A stretch of DNA of 64,000 nucleotides from Rhodothermales bacterium (GCA_022821875.1 JAJECV010000005.1:365-64364), one strand, 5' to 3'. Counted from the stretch's first letter, positions 10,018 through 19,477 are shown. Notes: a model not told the origin generated them from the sequence alone. Numbers and translations are program-made.

Positions 10018-11517
10018 TTACGGTGCCAGTCGCCCAAGCGTCCGGGGAAACGGGATCGTTTCCCGGATATGTTCCAGCCCGCAAACCCATGCAACCGTCC
10101 GCTCAAGGCCCAAGCCAAAACCACTATGCGGTACCGTACCGTATCGGCGAAGATCAAAATACCATTCAAATGCCTCCTGAGGGAGATCATGCCGTCTCAC
10201 CTGCTCTTCCAAAAAAGTTAGATCATCTGCACGCTGCCCGCCACCAATGATCTCACCAAAGCCCTCCGGTGCCAATACATCCATCCCAAGCGCCAGGCGG
10301 TCATCTTCGGGGTCCCGCTTCATGTAGAACGCCTTAACGGCTTCCGGATAGTGATGCACAATGATCGGGCGATCAAAATGCCAGGTTAACAATGTCTCAT
10401 CACTGCCGCCAAAATCTTTTCCCCACTCAAAGTTCACCGCAGATTCCCACCACTTCGGCAGATTCCGCAATTCTTCTTCAATCTGATCCAGATGTGTATT
10501 GATCGCAATCTCCCGCGCATCAATACGACGCTTCTTCCACTCTTTTGAACGCGCATATACATCCCGGTTCTGGGTGCGCTCTTTTTCGAGCCCAGACTGC
10601 TGGCGCTGTAATGCATCCTGTCGTTCCTGAACCAGAATTCTGGTTTTTTCGCTTTGAAGAAGTTCCACTGCCTCGCTGTAGGTCATACGCGGGAACGGTG
10701 CCTGAATACGCCGCAGTGCCTCCAGATCCCGCTCCAGTATCTCCAACTCCTCTTCACAGTCAGACACTGCATCGGAAGCAATCCGAATCAGGAAATCCTC
10801 TGCCAGCGTCATGTTCATCTCAAGGTCATAGAAAGCCATCTCGGGCTCAATCATCCAGAACTCGGTCAAATGCCTGCGTGTCTTTGATTTTTCCGCTCGA
10901 AAAACAGGACCGAACGTATAGATCTTGTTGAACGCCATCGCCATGACTTCTCCATGCAACTGGCCACTCTGTGTCAGATATGCAGAACTCCCAAAATAAT
11001 CAATCTCAAAGAGTGTACTGGTTCCCTCCACCGCATTCTTTGTAAGAAGCGGGGCATCCATCTGAAGAAAACCGCGCTCCTGAAAGAAGTTATGGATACT
11101 CATAATGACGCGGTTACGGACACGCATCACGGCCCAGGGACGTCGACTGCGGAGCCATAGATGGCGCCGGTCCATCAAAAACTCTACTCCGTGTGCCTTC
11201 GGCGTAATCGGGTAATCATCTACGATCTGAATGACCTCAATACTCGAAACCTGAATTTCCACACCCCCGATCTGACGCTCATCAGCGTGGACCTTTCCCG
11301 TGACCACCAGTGATGTCTCCTGCGTTGCAGCGGATGCATTCTGCCACGAATTTACCTCTACATTCTGCTGATTCACCACGCACTGCACCAGACCTGTTCC
11401 ATCACGGAGGACCAGAAAAAACAATCCCTTGGACCCGCGTTTCTGCTGTAACCAGCCCCGTAAGGTGGCGACCTTCCCAATCTGCCCTGCAAGGGATTCA
11501 ATTGTTATTGTTTCCAT
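10018..11517 (-). CDS. asnS: Asparagine--tRNA ligase carrying a ~60-aa charged insertion
   Basis: Class IIb motifs: LRGWLQQKRGSKGLFFLVLRDGTG (OB domain), FGPVFRAEKSKTRRHLTEFWMIEPEMAF (motif 2), HHYPEAVKAFYM, GGGQR, HSGFGLGLERTVAWV (motif 3), IPFPR. ATG at 11517 (METITIESL) sits right after the upstream gene's stop. Confidence 0.9.
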   Translation of the reverse strand: METITIESLAGQIGKVATLRGWLQQKRGSKGLFFLVLRDGTGLVQCVVNQQNVEVNSWQNASAATQETSLVVTGKVHADERQIGGVEIQVSSIEVIQIVDDYPITPKAHGVEFLMDRRHLWLRSRRPWAVMRVRNRVIMSIHNFFQERGFLQMDAPLLTKNAVEGTSTLFEIDYFGSSAYLTQSGQLHGEVMAMAFNKIYTFGPVFRAEKSKTRRHLTEFWMIEPEMAFYDLEMNMTLAEDFLIRIASDAVSDCEEELEILERDLEALRRIQAPFPRMTYSEAVELLQSEKTRILVQERQDALQRQQSGLEKERTQNRDVYARSKEWKKRRIDAREIAINTHLDQIEEELRNLPKWWESAVNFEWGKDFGGSDETLLTWHFDRPIIVHHYPEAVKAFYMKRDPEDDRLALGMDVLAPEGFGEIIGGGQRADDLTFLEEQVRRHDLPQEAFEWYFDLRRYGTVPHSGFGLGLERTVAWVCGLEHIRETIPFPRTLGRLAP

Positions 11518-11518
11518 G

Positions 11519-12928
11519 TCAATATCTTTCAGAGATTCTTTCCATCCAGTCAAAAAGTTTCCGCTCCCCTGCAACCGTCGAGTGAATCAGTTCAAATTCC
11601 CCAAACCCATCTAAATCTGCAAATATGAATTCCGCCTGCCCCTCACCGGGGAGATGATCATATGTCCATACCTCGTAGGGCTTTCGCCCTTGCTCATATA
11701 GATTCGCTTCAATACTTCCCGGCCTGCCATACCTGAGAAGAACATTCCCCCGATCCGTCTCCCATCCTTCGACCCGCTGCATTGAATAGCGTTCATTCGC
11801 ATACCTCACCAGCCGATAGAACTCATCTCTGAATTCATTCTGGCCTGTTCCGGGTGTTGGATCACGCACTTTCCAGAACTCCATCAACAGTCTTCTTCGC
11901 GCATCCAGGCCTTTAAGACGCTTCATCCGTCTCAGCTCCTGATTGTTCAAGATCACCGCAATATACCTCCATTCCCTTTCTAGTTCTTCCTCTGACATCA
12001 TGAAGGCATCAATGTTCTTATCCAACGCTTCCACACTCGCCGTTCCATTGATCTTGGAGCGCTTTACGGATGGATTGAAGACAAAAAACTTTCGCTTCTG
12101 TTCCACGACAACCTCATCATTACTGTCCAGAATTGCCATGCGTAGAAAATAGGTTCCTGATCCAAGGTTTGACAAGTCAAATGCGCCATGGAGAATATCC
12201 GTCTGGCGCACATCCCGTTTCCATTGTTTCCGATAATCCGGAACCGGGGTCGCCCTGCCTGCTTCGGTCACATACGTGAGCAGGGTATACATACCTGAAT
12301 CGGATGCCGCGCAACCGGGGTTGTAGACCTCGGCATAATAGAATAATTCTGCAGAATCCGCACCGTACAATTGTCTCATATTCGGGAGGATTACGAGACC
12401 ATTCTTGTAGTGAGGGGCCTCTTTGTCCCCCGAATCTACGATGCTGGATGCCAGAATGATGTCTGAAAGTAAGCAGCGTTCCGGTTGATGATAATCAGAA
12501 ATGGTGACCTCCCGGCTTACCTGCACTGCATCCTGCCCTGAAACCGGCAGATCTATTTGTAATTTATATTCACCGGGATTCGCCATAAACCGAGTTTTGC
12601 GCAAGAACATCTGCCCATCAATGATTGAAGATGTATCGGGTGCCGAGAAGTCTAACTCCCCTGCCCAAACCGGGCGATCTTCCATAGAGTCCACATTTGT
12701 CTCTGAAGAATTCATCCGGCGTAGATACAACCTAATCACTGCATGATGCTCTGCATCCATTAGGGAACGCGCCTCTACTGCTAGATAAAACTCTACCAGA
12801 GACTCCTGCGCATCATAGGCAAATGAAGCATAATCCGTCTCAATCCGGGGTAGCCGCTGGCCCGCCACGTTACAAACCGCAAAGAGCAGTCCACCGATTA
12901 TGTTTAGTCTGCGTATGCTTCGCTTCAT
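11519..12928 (-). CDS. GWxTD domain-containing protein (secreted, function unknown)
   Basis: Signal peptide MKRSIRRLNIIGGLLFAVCNVAGQ. C-terminal signature RVEGWETDRGNVLLRYGRPGSIE (GWxTD) followed by YEVWTY. Confidence 0.8.
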   Translation of the reverse strand: MKRSIRRLNIIGGLLFAVCNVAGQRLPRIETDYASFAYDAQESLVEFYLAVEARSLMDAEHHAVIRLYLRRMNSSETNVDSMEDRPVWAGELDFSAPDTSSIIDGQMFLRKTRFMANPGEYKLQIDLPVSGQDAVQVSREVTISDYHQPERCLLSDIILASSIVDSGDKEAPHYKNGLVILPNMRQLYGADSAELFYYAEVYNPGCAASDSGMYTLLTYVTEAGRATPVPDYRKQWKRDVRQTDILHGAFDLSNLGSGTYFLRMAILDSNDEVVVEQKRKFFVFNPSVKRSKINGTASVEALDKNIDAFMMSEEELEREWRYIAVILNNQELRRMKRLKGLDARRRLLMEFWKVRDPTPGTGQNEFRDEFYRLVRYANERYSMQRVEGWETDRGNVLLRYGRPGSIEANLYEQGRKPYEVWTYDHLPGEGQAEFIFADLDGFGEFELIHSTVAGERKLFDWMERISERY

Positions 12929-13071
12929 GGCCTTGGGGTTAACGGATAAACGGGCACAGTGGATTTCATGTGGACATCAACCAGACGTGATGTGGCGATG
13001 CTCACGGATCGGCAAATGAACACAGTTTACGGCCGTTCGAAAGACTTCACTGGATAAATCTGTGCCCTCGC

Positions 13072-13512
13072 CTATTGATCCTTCAACACCCCTGCGATGT
13101 CTGGAGGGGTCCAATCTGGTGGTTTCATCCACTTCCCATCTTCCCTTACATAACTGCCCGGGCCGAATTTTCGCAAATTTGCCTCGTCTACCTCACGCAG
13201 AAGTTTTTCATCCTCTATCCCGAACGCAATCAAGGTGCCGATCGTTACGACCGATATATCTGCACAGCCATCCGCAACCCCTTCTATATCCACCGGTTTG
13301 TCCGGCATAAATGTACACGAATCCATCTCCACTTCCTGCTCCTGAACCGCAACCGAAATCCCAAGGGCGTGGACGGTTTCCAGTGCTTCCTCAAGAATCA
13401 GGCGGGCGCGAAGCAGCCGCGTTCGTTCATCGGGAATAATTACTTCGGTCGGTGTGGACTGGCCAACCTTCTCCATAAAAGTTTTTACACGCTGATAGTG
13501 CTCCGTTGGCAT
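13072..13512 (-). CDS. MazG-like / phosphoribosyl-ATP-pyrophosphohydrolase-like nucleotide pyrophosphohydrolase (predicted)
   Basis: 146 aa. The helical N-terminus YQRVKTFMEKVGQSTP...RTRLLRARLILEEALETVHALG and the later DGCADISVVTIGT fit the all-alpha NTP-PPase pattern. The assignment is from memory of this family only. Confidence 0.5.
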   Translation of the reverse strand: MPTEHYQRVKTFMEKVGQSTPTEVIIPDERTRLLRARLILEEALETVHALGISVAVQEQEVEMDSCTFMPDKPVDIEGVADGCADISVVTIGTLIAFGIEDEKLLREVDEANLRKFGPGSYVREDGKWMKPPDWTPPDIAGVLKDQ

Positions 13513-13780
13513 CGTAAATTTTGAGTATTTCTGAAAAATAGGGACTTTGGATCAGATCATGACATACCCGGAGCGGCCTCCTTAGAGTCCACCGCTTATT
13601 TGGGCGTGGTCTGCCGATGTGACCGACAGGCTCAGATCGGTTGGGAACTTGCCTTGAATTCGTATTATCCAGTGCATTGGCGGTCATGTCTCCTGCAAAC
13701 CTGAACGCGGCCCCGCCACCAGACAAATTCGCATCCGCTGCCCCATTCCTTCGATCCTCTGCAATACATCTCATTGCTGC

Positions 13781-14899
13781 TCATGCGAATGACTCAATCA
13801 GGGCATCGTACTGCGCCACATGAACCGACCAGTCAAGATGCGCAACAATACCCCGAAGGGTTCTGGCCGGCAAGGGATGTTCCTCCCCCGTCAACATCTC
13901 CTTCAAAATGGTAAACAACTCTTCTTCGGTGTCATAGAGGATGGGCGCGTGCAGTAAGGGCTGATGCAGGTTCTCCGGAATCAATTCCGGGTAACTCAAG
14001 CGATTCGGCAACAGGGGATGACATCCACAATAGATGGCCTCCATCATCGCAATGCCAAAGAATTCATGAACCGCTGTGGATACGACAATATCCGCACGAT
14101 GCAGCAACCGGCTGTACTCTTCAAAATCCTCTGCATATCCATAGTGGAGGATTCGCTCGGCATAACGCTCAAATGCAACATCAAATTCAGACGGCTGCTC
14201 CTCAAAACGCTTCCCGGCAAGGATGAGACGAAACCGGCAGCCCGCATCATCCAGGCGATTCATAAGCCGAAAGAATGCCTCCGGGTTCTTGTCATATTCC
14301 CAGCGCTGATTCCAGAGCACAATCGGCGGATCATCCTGCGTATCCCCCGTACTGGTATAACGCGCGTGTGCCTGGAGATCCATCCCCAGATGCATCACCC
14401 GGCTCTTTGCCCGGATTTCGGATACGGTATGCAAATGCGTATAGTCTGGAAATACCCGAAGCAAGCCTGGGAGTGCATGGATAAATTCTTTGTAGTGGAA
14501 CTCCGTATTGAAGACTACCTGATCCGCAGCCAGGCACGAAAGGTAGTTAATATAGGCGTACGACAAATCCCGCTTCTCCTCTGTCGGCAGCGGATACGTC
14601 AATTGGTTTTCGTGCAGATAATAAATGACCGGCACATTGCCAATATCCTTTCGGGCCAGAGCCAGAAATGCCGGCAGATTGACCATACTGGAAGCCAGAA
14701 TCACATCCGGACGAAAGCCATTCGCAATCAGTTGTCTGGATTTTCTTGCAAGCGTCTGGGCCCCGCCCTGAAGCCTCCACTTCCAAAATCTTGATGCCAT
14801 GGTAACGAGTTCATATTCGTGACGGCTGTTTTGGATGAGTCCGTCCACGAAATTCCGGTGCGAACCACCATACCACGGCTCAAGTGCGAGTACTTTCAT
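13781..14899 (-). CDS. DUF3524 + GT4 glycosyltransferase, homologue of eukaryotic GTDC1 (tRNA-queuosine alpha-mannosyltransferase)
   Basis: MKVLALEPWYGGSHRNFVDGL...ILASSMVNLPAFLAL...IYYLHENQLTYP...YINYLSCLAADQVVFNTEFH matches the GTDC1 N-terminal domain pattern (IIEAFYGGSHKQLVDLL...YFHENQLIYP...). The C-terminal half is GT1/GT4-like (EFFGIAMMEA). Confidence 0.8.
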   Translation of the reverse strand: MKVLALEPWYGGSHRNFVDGLIQNSRHEYELVTMASRFWKWRLQGGAQTLARKSRQLIANGFRPDVILASSMVNLPAFLALARKDIGNVPVIYYLHENQLTYPLPTEEKRDLSYAYINYLSCLAADQVVFNTEFHYKEFIHALPGLLRVFPDYTHLHTVSEIRAKSRVMHLGMDLQAHARYTSTGDTQDDPPIVLWNQRWEYDKNPEAFFRLMNRLDDAGCRFRLILAGKRFEEQPSEFDVAFERYAERILHYGYAEDFEEYSRLLHRADIVVSTAVHEFFGIAMMEAIYCGCHPLLPNRLSYPELIPENLHQPLLHAPILYDTEEELFTILKEMLTGEEHPLPARTLRGIVAHLDWSVHVAQYDALIESFA

Positions 14900-15159
14900 G
14901 AGCGCTTGGCCCTTTTCGGCTTCTTCTTCTGTCCAAATTTTTTCTGCATTTCCCTGTCTTCCTGGGCTGTGAGCGGGCGAACAATCGCTAATTCACGAAC
15001 TTGAAGCAGATCCCGTAATGCATTATCCATGACTTCCTCGGAAGTAACGGGGACCTCCCCCCCGGCTGGAATTTCGAATTCACGACTTTCCAGTTTCACG
15101 GTGACTGCCCGCTTGTTCGTGTTTTTAACAATCATACCCTTACGGTGTCGGGGTATCAT
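14896..15159 (-). CDS. Small hypothetical protein with Lys-rich tail, translationally coupled to the glycosyltransferase
   Basis: 87-aa ORF whose TGA overlaps the downstream ATG (ATGA at 14896-14899). C-terminal KKFGQKKKPKRAKRS. No family recognised. Confidence 0.45.
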   Translation of the reverse strand: MIPRHRKGMIVKNTNKRAVTVKLESREFEIPAGGEVPVTSEEVMDNALRDLLQVRELAIVRPLTAQEDREMQKKFGQKKKPKRAKRS

Positions 15160-15204
15160 GATTTTATGGGTTTAGATTAGAGCAAGTGAGTAAGTAGTAT
15201 ACGA

Positions 15205-15867
15205 CTATTTCGACGAAGACGATCTAAAGCGTCTGGTGTTCGGTGCATAATCTTCAATACAAAGAGATTGAGTGGCCATTGCGATTTCGTCTTCCGAATT
15301 GGAAGCAATCACAACCAGATGCCCCGATTCTCTGGATCGGGCAACCATATTCTTGAAAATTTCTTTCCCTTTTGGATCCAGTCCCAGCGTTGGCTCATCC
15401 AGCAGGAAGACCTTGGGTTCATGGAACAGTGCAGCGGCAAGGCGCACCCGCTGCTGCATCCCTGTTGAATAAGTTCTGATCGGTTCGTCCATGTGCGCGG
15501 TCAATCCAACGTCCGCGACCATAGATTCTATCCGCATTGAATCGGATCTCATAGAACGGGCCCTCTCAATAAATGCAAGATTCTCCTGTAAGGTTAAGTC
15601 TTCATATAAATTTACATAAGGTGCTACAAATCCGATGTGGAGGGCATGCTGCTCTCGGGAGATGACCTGTTCGGAAAGGATCAGTTCCACCTTCCCGCTG
15701 GTCAGCCGGAGGATTCCCCCCAGTGCCTTCAGCAAGGTTGACTTTCCCGATCCATTTGCACCCGTGATTGCCAGGATCTCCCCCGAAGACAGCTCCAGAT
15801 TGACCCCGCTAAAAATTCGCCTGTACCCATAGCGATGCCCCCCATCCTGCACCGTTAAGTGGATCAT
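15205..15867 (-). CDS. ABC transporter ATP-binding protein
   Basis: Walker A GANGSGKSTLLKALGG, signature YSTGMQQRV, Walker B VFLLDEPTLGLD. ATG at 15867 (MIHLTVQD). No permease gene adjacent. Confidence 0.85.
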   Translation of the reverse strand: MIHLTVQDGGHRYGYRRIFSGVNLELSSGEILAITGANGSGKSTLLKALGGILRLTSGKVELILSEQVISREQHALHIGFVAPYVNLYEDLTLQENLAFIERARSMRSDSMRIESMVADVGLTAHMDEPIRTYSTGMQQRVRLAAALFHEPKVFLLDEPTLGLDPKGKEIFKNMVARSRESGHLVVIASNSEDEIAMATQSLCIEDYAPNTRRFRSSSSK

Positions 15868-15993
15868 CCTGCTTATTACATATGACGTTGATGAATCTCT
15901 GCCCTGCATCCTGTGATGATCTGTCTAGACACTGTGATTCCAGTTCGCATCCAAATATATCGAAATTTACTGCACTGCATGAATTATCGGGGC

Positions 15994-16737
15994 TTACACC
16001 AAGCCGAGAATGCGCAGGGCCATGATCAGTACCGCAATCACCATCACACCCCGTATGACCTTTTCGCCCCGCCGAATTGCAACCTTCGCTGCAATAAATG
16101 CTCCCGTTGCATTGCCTGCGGCCAGCGTCAGTCCAAATCCCCAATCCACTTTTCCCAACGCTGCAAATACGATCAGGGTCGGAATCGTATAAAGCAGCAC
16201 AACCGTGACTTTGTGAACGGTTGTCGCCAGTAGATCCAGATGTAATAAATGAAAAAAGACAGCCATAAACAAAAACCCGATCCCTAACTGGATGAATCCT
16301 CCATAAAACCCGATCAGCAAGAGCACCGGCCCCGTCCAGACAGACTCCCTCGCAATCCTGTTGGAGGTGCCACTTCCACGCGGAAGTAGCATGGTCAGGA
16401 CGACCACAATCAACAGCCCCGCAAGAATTTTCTCAAACAGGGCATCCTCAATCCTGGTCGCCATAAAGGCACCTGATATTGCACCCGGTATGGTCCATAA
16501 CCCATACGATATACTTTTTCGTATGCGCGTCTTCTTCTCCGAAGAAAATGTTAGCGTGGCCGATATATTCTGGACGAGAATCGCAACACGGTTTGTCCCG
16601 TTCGCCACACCCGCATCTAGCCCCAGCAGGACGAGTACCGGCAAGGTGATGGTTGAGCCTCCCCCTGCCATCACATTCATTATGCCTGCAGCCACACCTG
16701 CGAAGAAAAGAATCAAAAGGGCCTGCAACTCCGGCAT
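15994..16737 (-). CDS. Sulfite exporter TauE/SafE family membrane protein
   Basis: 247 aa with about 8 hydrophobic helices. MNVMAGGGSTITLPVLVLLG and GTNRVAIL are typical of TauE/SafE (DUF81). Confidence 0.8.
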   Translation of the reverse strand: MPELQALLILFFAGVAAGIMNVMAGGGSTITLPVLVLLGLDAGVANGTNRVAILVQNISATLTFSSEKKTRIRKSISYGLWTIPGAISGAFMATRIEDALFEKILAGLLIVVVLTMLLPRGSGTSNRIARESVWTGPVLLLIGFYGGFIQLGIGFLFMAVFFHLLHLDLLATTVHKVTVVLLYTIPTLIVFAALGKVDWGFGLTLAAGNATGAFIAAKVAIRRGEKVIRGVMVIAVLIMALRILGLV

Positions 16738-16746
16738 GAAGCTGTC

Positions 16747-17520
16747 CTAGCGGCGGACCATCGCAACGGACTTCTGCTTACCTTCCAGGCTTGATTTTCT
16801 CCTCGACAACTTGAACCCCCCCGGGTGACGCCAGGTATCCAGGGCTTCCACATCTATCGTTGAATCCCGCACAATGAAACTCATGAGCTGACCACGATAG
16901 ACCGCATCATCTTTCAGGATGCTTCCGTTCGAGTTGTAGAAGGCGACTGTTGCCCGCACAGTATAGGATTCATTGTCATCCCAGGCTTCCCGATGGGATT
17001 CCGGTAACAAATCCCATACAAAGCGATCTCGAACCGCTTTGTTCAGGAATGGGCTGATATAGGGCTTCCAGAACAATGCCAGGGGGCCCGTACCCGGGAG
17101 ATTCGCTGTCATGCTGAGTTTATACTCCGGCACCAGGTCATCTGGACGAAGCAGTCCGAACAGACCGCTCAGGATGATGCTGTTTTCCAGCAGACGCCGC
17201 TGTGCACCTGTCGGCAGTCCATCAAAGTCAACCGCACTGAAAAACGGATCCGGCACAAACCGCTTACGTGCCGCCATCAGCGGTGCGGAATAGACGGCCT
17301 GAATCAGGCTCATCGTGTCCTCGAGCGCTTCGGGGCCGAAGATCCCTTCAAGAATTTCCGTTTCGTCCTTCTGAATAAGATCCAGCAGGTGATCTAAAAT
17401 TTCCCGGCGCTCGGGGATCAACTGATGAAAATAATTGAACGTTGTCTTGGAGCGATAGTCGAAAACATCAGGCGCGAACGGATTTCCACCGCCTGCCATG
17501 ATATTCGCCGATGCAACCAA
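16747..17520 (-). CDS. YaaA/DUF328-like protein (distant)
   Basis: GLFGLLRPDDLVPEYKLSM...LALFWKPYISPFLNK resembles the YaaA core (GLLRPLD..PYRLEM...LY.FW). The N-terminus is atypical and the start is uncertain. Confidence 0.5.
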   Translation of the reverse strand: MVASANIMAGGGNPFAPDVFDYRSKTTFNYFHQLIPERREILDHLLDLIQKDETEILEGIFGPEALEDTMSLIQAVYSAPLMAARKRFVPDPFFSAVDFDGLPTGAQRRLLENSIILSGLFGLLRPDDLVPEYKLSMTANLPGTGPLALFWKPYISPFLNKAVRDRFVWDLLPESHREAWDDNESYTVRATVAFYNSNGSILKDDAVYRGQLMSFIVRDSTIDVEALDTWRHPGGFKLSRRKSSLEGKQKSVAMVRR

Positions 17521-17557
17521 TACTGCAAATCGATCGTCGATAATTCTCCCTCCCCAC

Positions 17558-17881
17558 TCAAGATTCAGAGCGTACAGAAGTCGCAGATCCCATGATTTCG
17601 TCCATCTGCGAATTTATTTCCTGTGCCTGCTCATTTGCTTTGGCTACAAGTGCTTCTCCTTCGGACTTTGCGCCTGCATTCTCTCTGGGCTCTTTCATGG
17701 TCTCCGCCAGACTTCCAACCTGCTTCGCTAATTCCTCCAGATGAAAGGTTACCCGGCGACGTAAACGACTACCCTCCTCGGGAGCGAGAAGGAGTCCCAG
17801 TGCAAAACCGACTCCTCCTCCCATCAGAAGCCCCCAGCCCAAGGCCCGGGTTACATCTCCTATGCCATAATTTTTGGACAT
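17558..17881 (-). CDS. YtxH domain-containing protein
   Basis: GWGLLMGGGVGFALGLLLAPEEGSRLRRRV followed by a helical charged region. ATG at 17881 (MSKNYG). Confidence 0.7.
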   Translation of the reverse strand: MSKNYGIGDVTRALGWGLLMGGGVGFALGLLLAPEEGSRLRRRVTFHLEELAKQVGSLAETMKEPRENAGAKSEGEALVAKANEQAQEINSQMDEIMGSATSVRSES

Positions 17882-17959
17882 TGATTTCCGGTTGTATATG
17901 ATAACGACCTGCAACTTTCTCCCCTAAGTTAGGAAAAAAATCGCACCAGACCGCCAAAC

Positions 17960-18055
17960 TTAACGATTTCGCTTTTTATGACGGTTTTTGCGCAATCGTT
18001 TTTTTCGCTTATGGGTTGCGATCTTGTGACGCTTCCTTTTCTTACCACACGGCAT
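17960..18055 (-). CDS. 31-aa Arg/Lys-rich protein, bS22 / AURKAIP1-COX24-like small ribosomal protein candidate
   Basis: Not in the ORF track because it is under 60 aa. Reverse complement reads ATG CCG TGT GGT AAG AAA AGG AAG CGT CAC AAG ATC GCA ACC CAT AAG CGA AAA AAA CGA TTG CGC AAA AAC CGT CAT AAA AAG CGA AAT CGT TAA, giving MPCGKKRKRHKIATHKRKKRLRKNRHKKRNR. Confidence 0.55.
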   Translation of the reverse strand: MPCGKKRKRHKIATHKRKKRLRKNRHKKRNR

Positions 18056-18188
18056 TTCGTAATTTTGTTTTGTGATTAGGTACAGCATAACCAAAAGAAG
18101 TCCCTTCTACGCAGGGAAAACAAGGGGGTTCCATGATCTCTACATCTCCTATTCCCTAAAATAACTTATATTTCCGACATTCAAACCG

Positions 18189-19019
18189 GTGATCCCCATT
18201 CCTGATCTAAATAATCATTCTGTTCCAGCGAATCTGCAACTCCACGAATCCGGCGGGTTTAGATATATTGATTCGGGGGCAAATCGTGATTGTCCGCCGC
18301 TGCTTCTGTTGCATGGGCTTCTTGGAAACCCTGAGGGCTGGTTTGATGCGGCCTCCGCTCTGGTCGACCGCGGGTACCGTGCCATCGTCCCCGACCTGAA
18401 GCTTGATGAACTCTCCAGAAAACAGTCCAACGTACAGGGGATCGTTGATTATGTGCGCAGGTTCACCACATTTCTGGGGCTGGATCAGATGATCCTGATT
18501 GGCAATTCTCTAGGTGGACAGATTGCCATCCGCTATACGACCTGTTACCCGGAATGTGTTGCCGGTCTGCTCCTGTCCGCCTCTTCGGGGATCTATGAGA
18601 CGGAAGTGGGACACACAACTTTCCGACGGAATGACCGCAATTATATCCGCGTTAAAGCAGAGAAAACCTTCTACGATCCTGCAATGGTGACGGAAGATCT
18701 GGTGGATCGCATCTCTGATATTGCGACCAGCCGATTACGTGCACTTCGCTTTGTCTGGCTTGCCCGCAGTTCCATGAAAGACCTCGTCATCGGTGAACTT
18801 GAGAAGATTGATGTACCCGCCTGTCTGATCTGGGGATCAGAAGATCAGATCACCCCTCCCGATGTCGCCCATACATTTCAGGAGTTACTTCCGAACGCAA
18901 AATTGCGCTTCATTGAGAAGTGCGGCCATGCACCCATGATGGAGCACCCGGAAATTTTCAATCGATTGATGCTGGAATTCCTGGATTGTTCTTTCGATCC
19001 CGTAACCACTCCCGCCTAG
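18189..19019 (+). CDS. Alpha/beta-fold hydrolase
   Basis: PPLLLLHGLLGNPEGW (oxyanion region), nucleophile elbow GNSLGG, C-terminal CGHAPMMEHPE (His). GTG start at 18189. Confidence 0.85.
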   Translation: MIPIPDLNNHSVPANLQLHESGGFRYIDSGANRDCPPLLLLHGLLGNPEGWFDAASALVDRGYRAIVPDLKLDELSRKQSNVQGIVDYVRRFTTFLGLDQMILIGNSLGGQIAIRYTTCYPECVAGLLLSASSGIYETEVGHTTFRRNDRNYIRVKAEKTFYDPAMVTEDLVDRISDIATSRLRALRFVWLARSSMKDLVIGELEKIDVPACLIWGSEDQITPPDVAHTFQELLPNAKLRFIEKCGHAPMMEHPEIFNRLMLEFLDCSFDPVTTPA

Positions 19020-19030
19020 ATCCTATCTCC

Positions 19031-19477
19031 GTGTGCAGACACCTTCCTGCTGTCTTGTTTTTCAGTTTGACCGTAATCAGTTGTTCTCCGACTCTTTACC
19101 CGCTTTATCGAGACTACGAGCACAGTTCTGCGGGAAAGGTTCCGCTGTCTCAAATTGAGGAGGCCCTGATGGAAGTGGGCTGGGAACTACTTCCTTCTCC
19201 CCCGCCCAATACAGTTTCCACGATGCATCGCCAGATCCGCAACTGGCTTCTGTACAAGGTTGTTGTACAGGTGGAGGCCGTCCCCATCGGAACACAACAT
19301 GTACGATTGTTTGTGCATCCGTACCGCATCTATCCAAGTGGCGCACGCAGTAAAATCCCCTTTCTGAAACGCAGTATCCGTCGCCGGGTCATTCGTGATA
19401 TTGACCGGGTTTTTGAGTCCTATGAACTCATTGCCGTGGGAACCGATCTATCCAGGGATAAGGTTCGTTCAAGGTAA
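19031..19477 (+). CDS. Hypothetical lipoprotein
   Basis: GTG at 19031 gives VCRHLPAVLFFSLTVISCSP (lipobox-like LTVISC). The longer ORF from 18920 would overlap the hydrolase gene. No family recognised. Confidence 0.45.
   Translation: MCRHLPAVLFFSLTVISCSPTLYPLYRDYEHSSAGKVPLSQIEEALMEVGWELLPSPPPNTVSTMHRQIRNWLLYKVVVQVEAVPIGTQHVRLFVHPYRIYPSGARSKIPFLKRSIRRRVIRDIDRVFESYELIAVGTDLSRDKVRSR

Noticed and set aside
13513-13780. 268-nt gap with a 115-aa ORF (13427-13774) and GC-rich stems, considered as an SRP RNA, RNase P RNA or other ncRNA
   Set aside because: I could not find the conserved SRP domain IV or RNase P signature strings on either strand. The ORF overlaps the MazG-like gene start and is Arg/Ala/Gly-rich. 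This is left unassigned, and an Rfam scan would settle it.
13964-14794. 276-aa ORF antisense to the GTDC1-like glycosyltransferase gene
   Set aside because: It is a shadow ORF of a gene with strong family motifs, with no motifs of its own.
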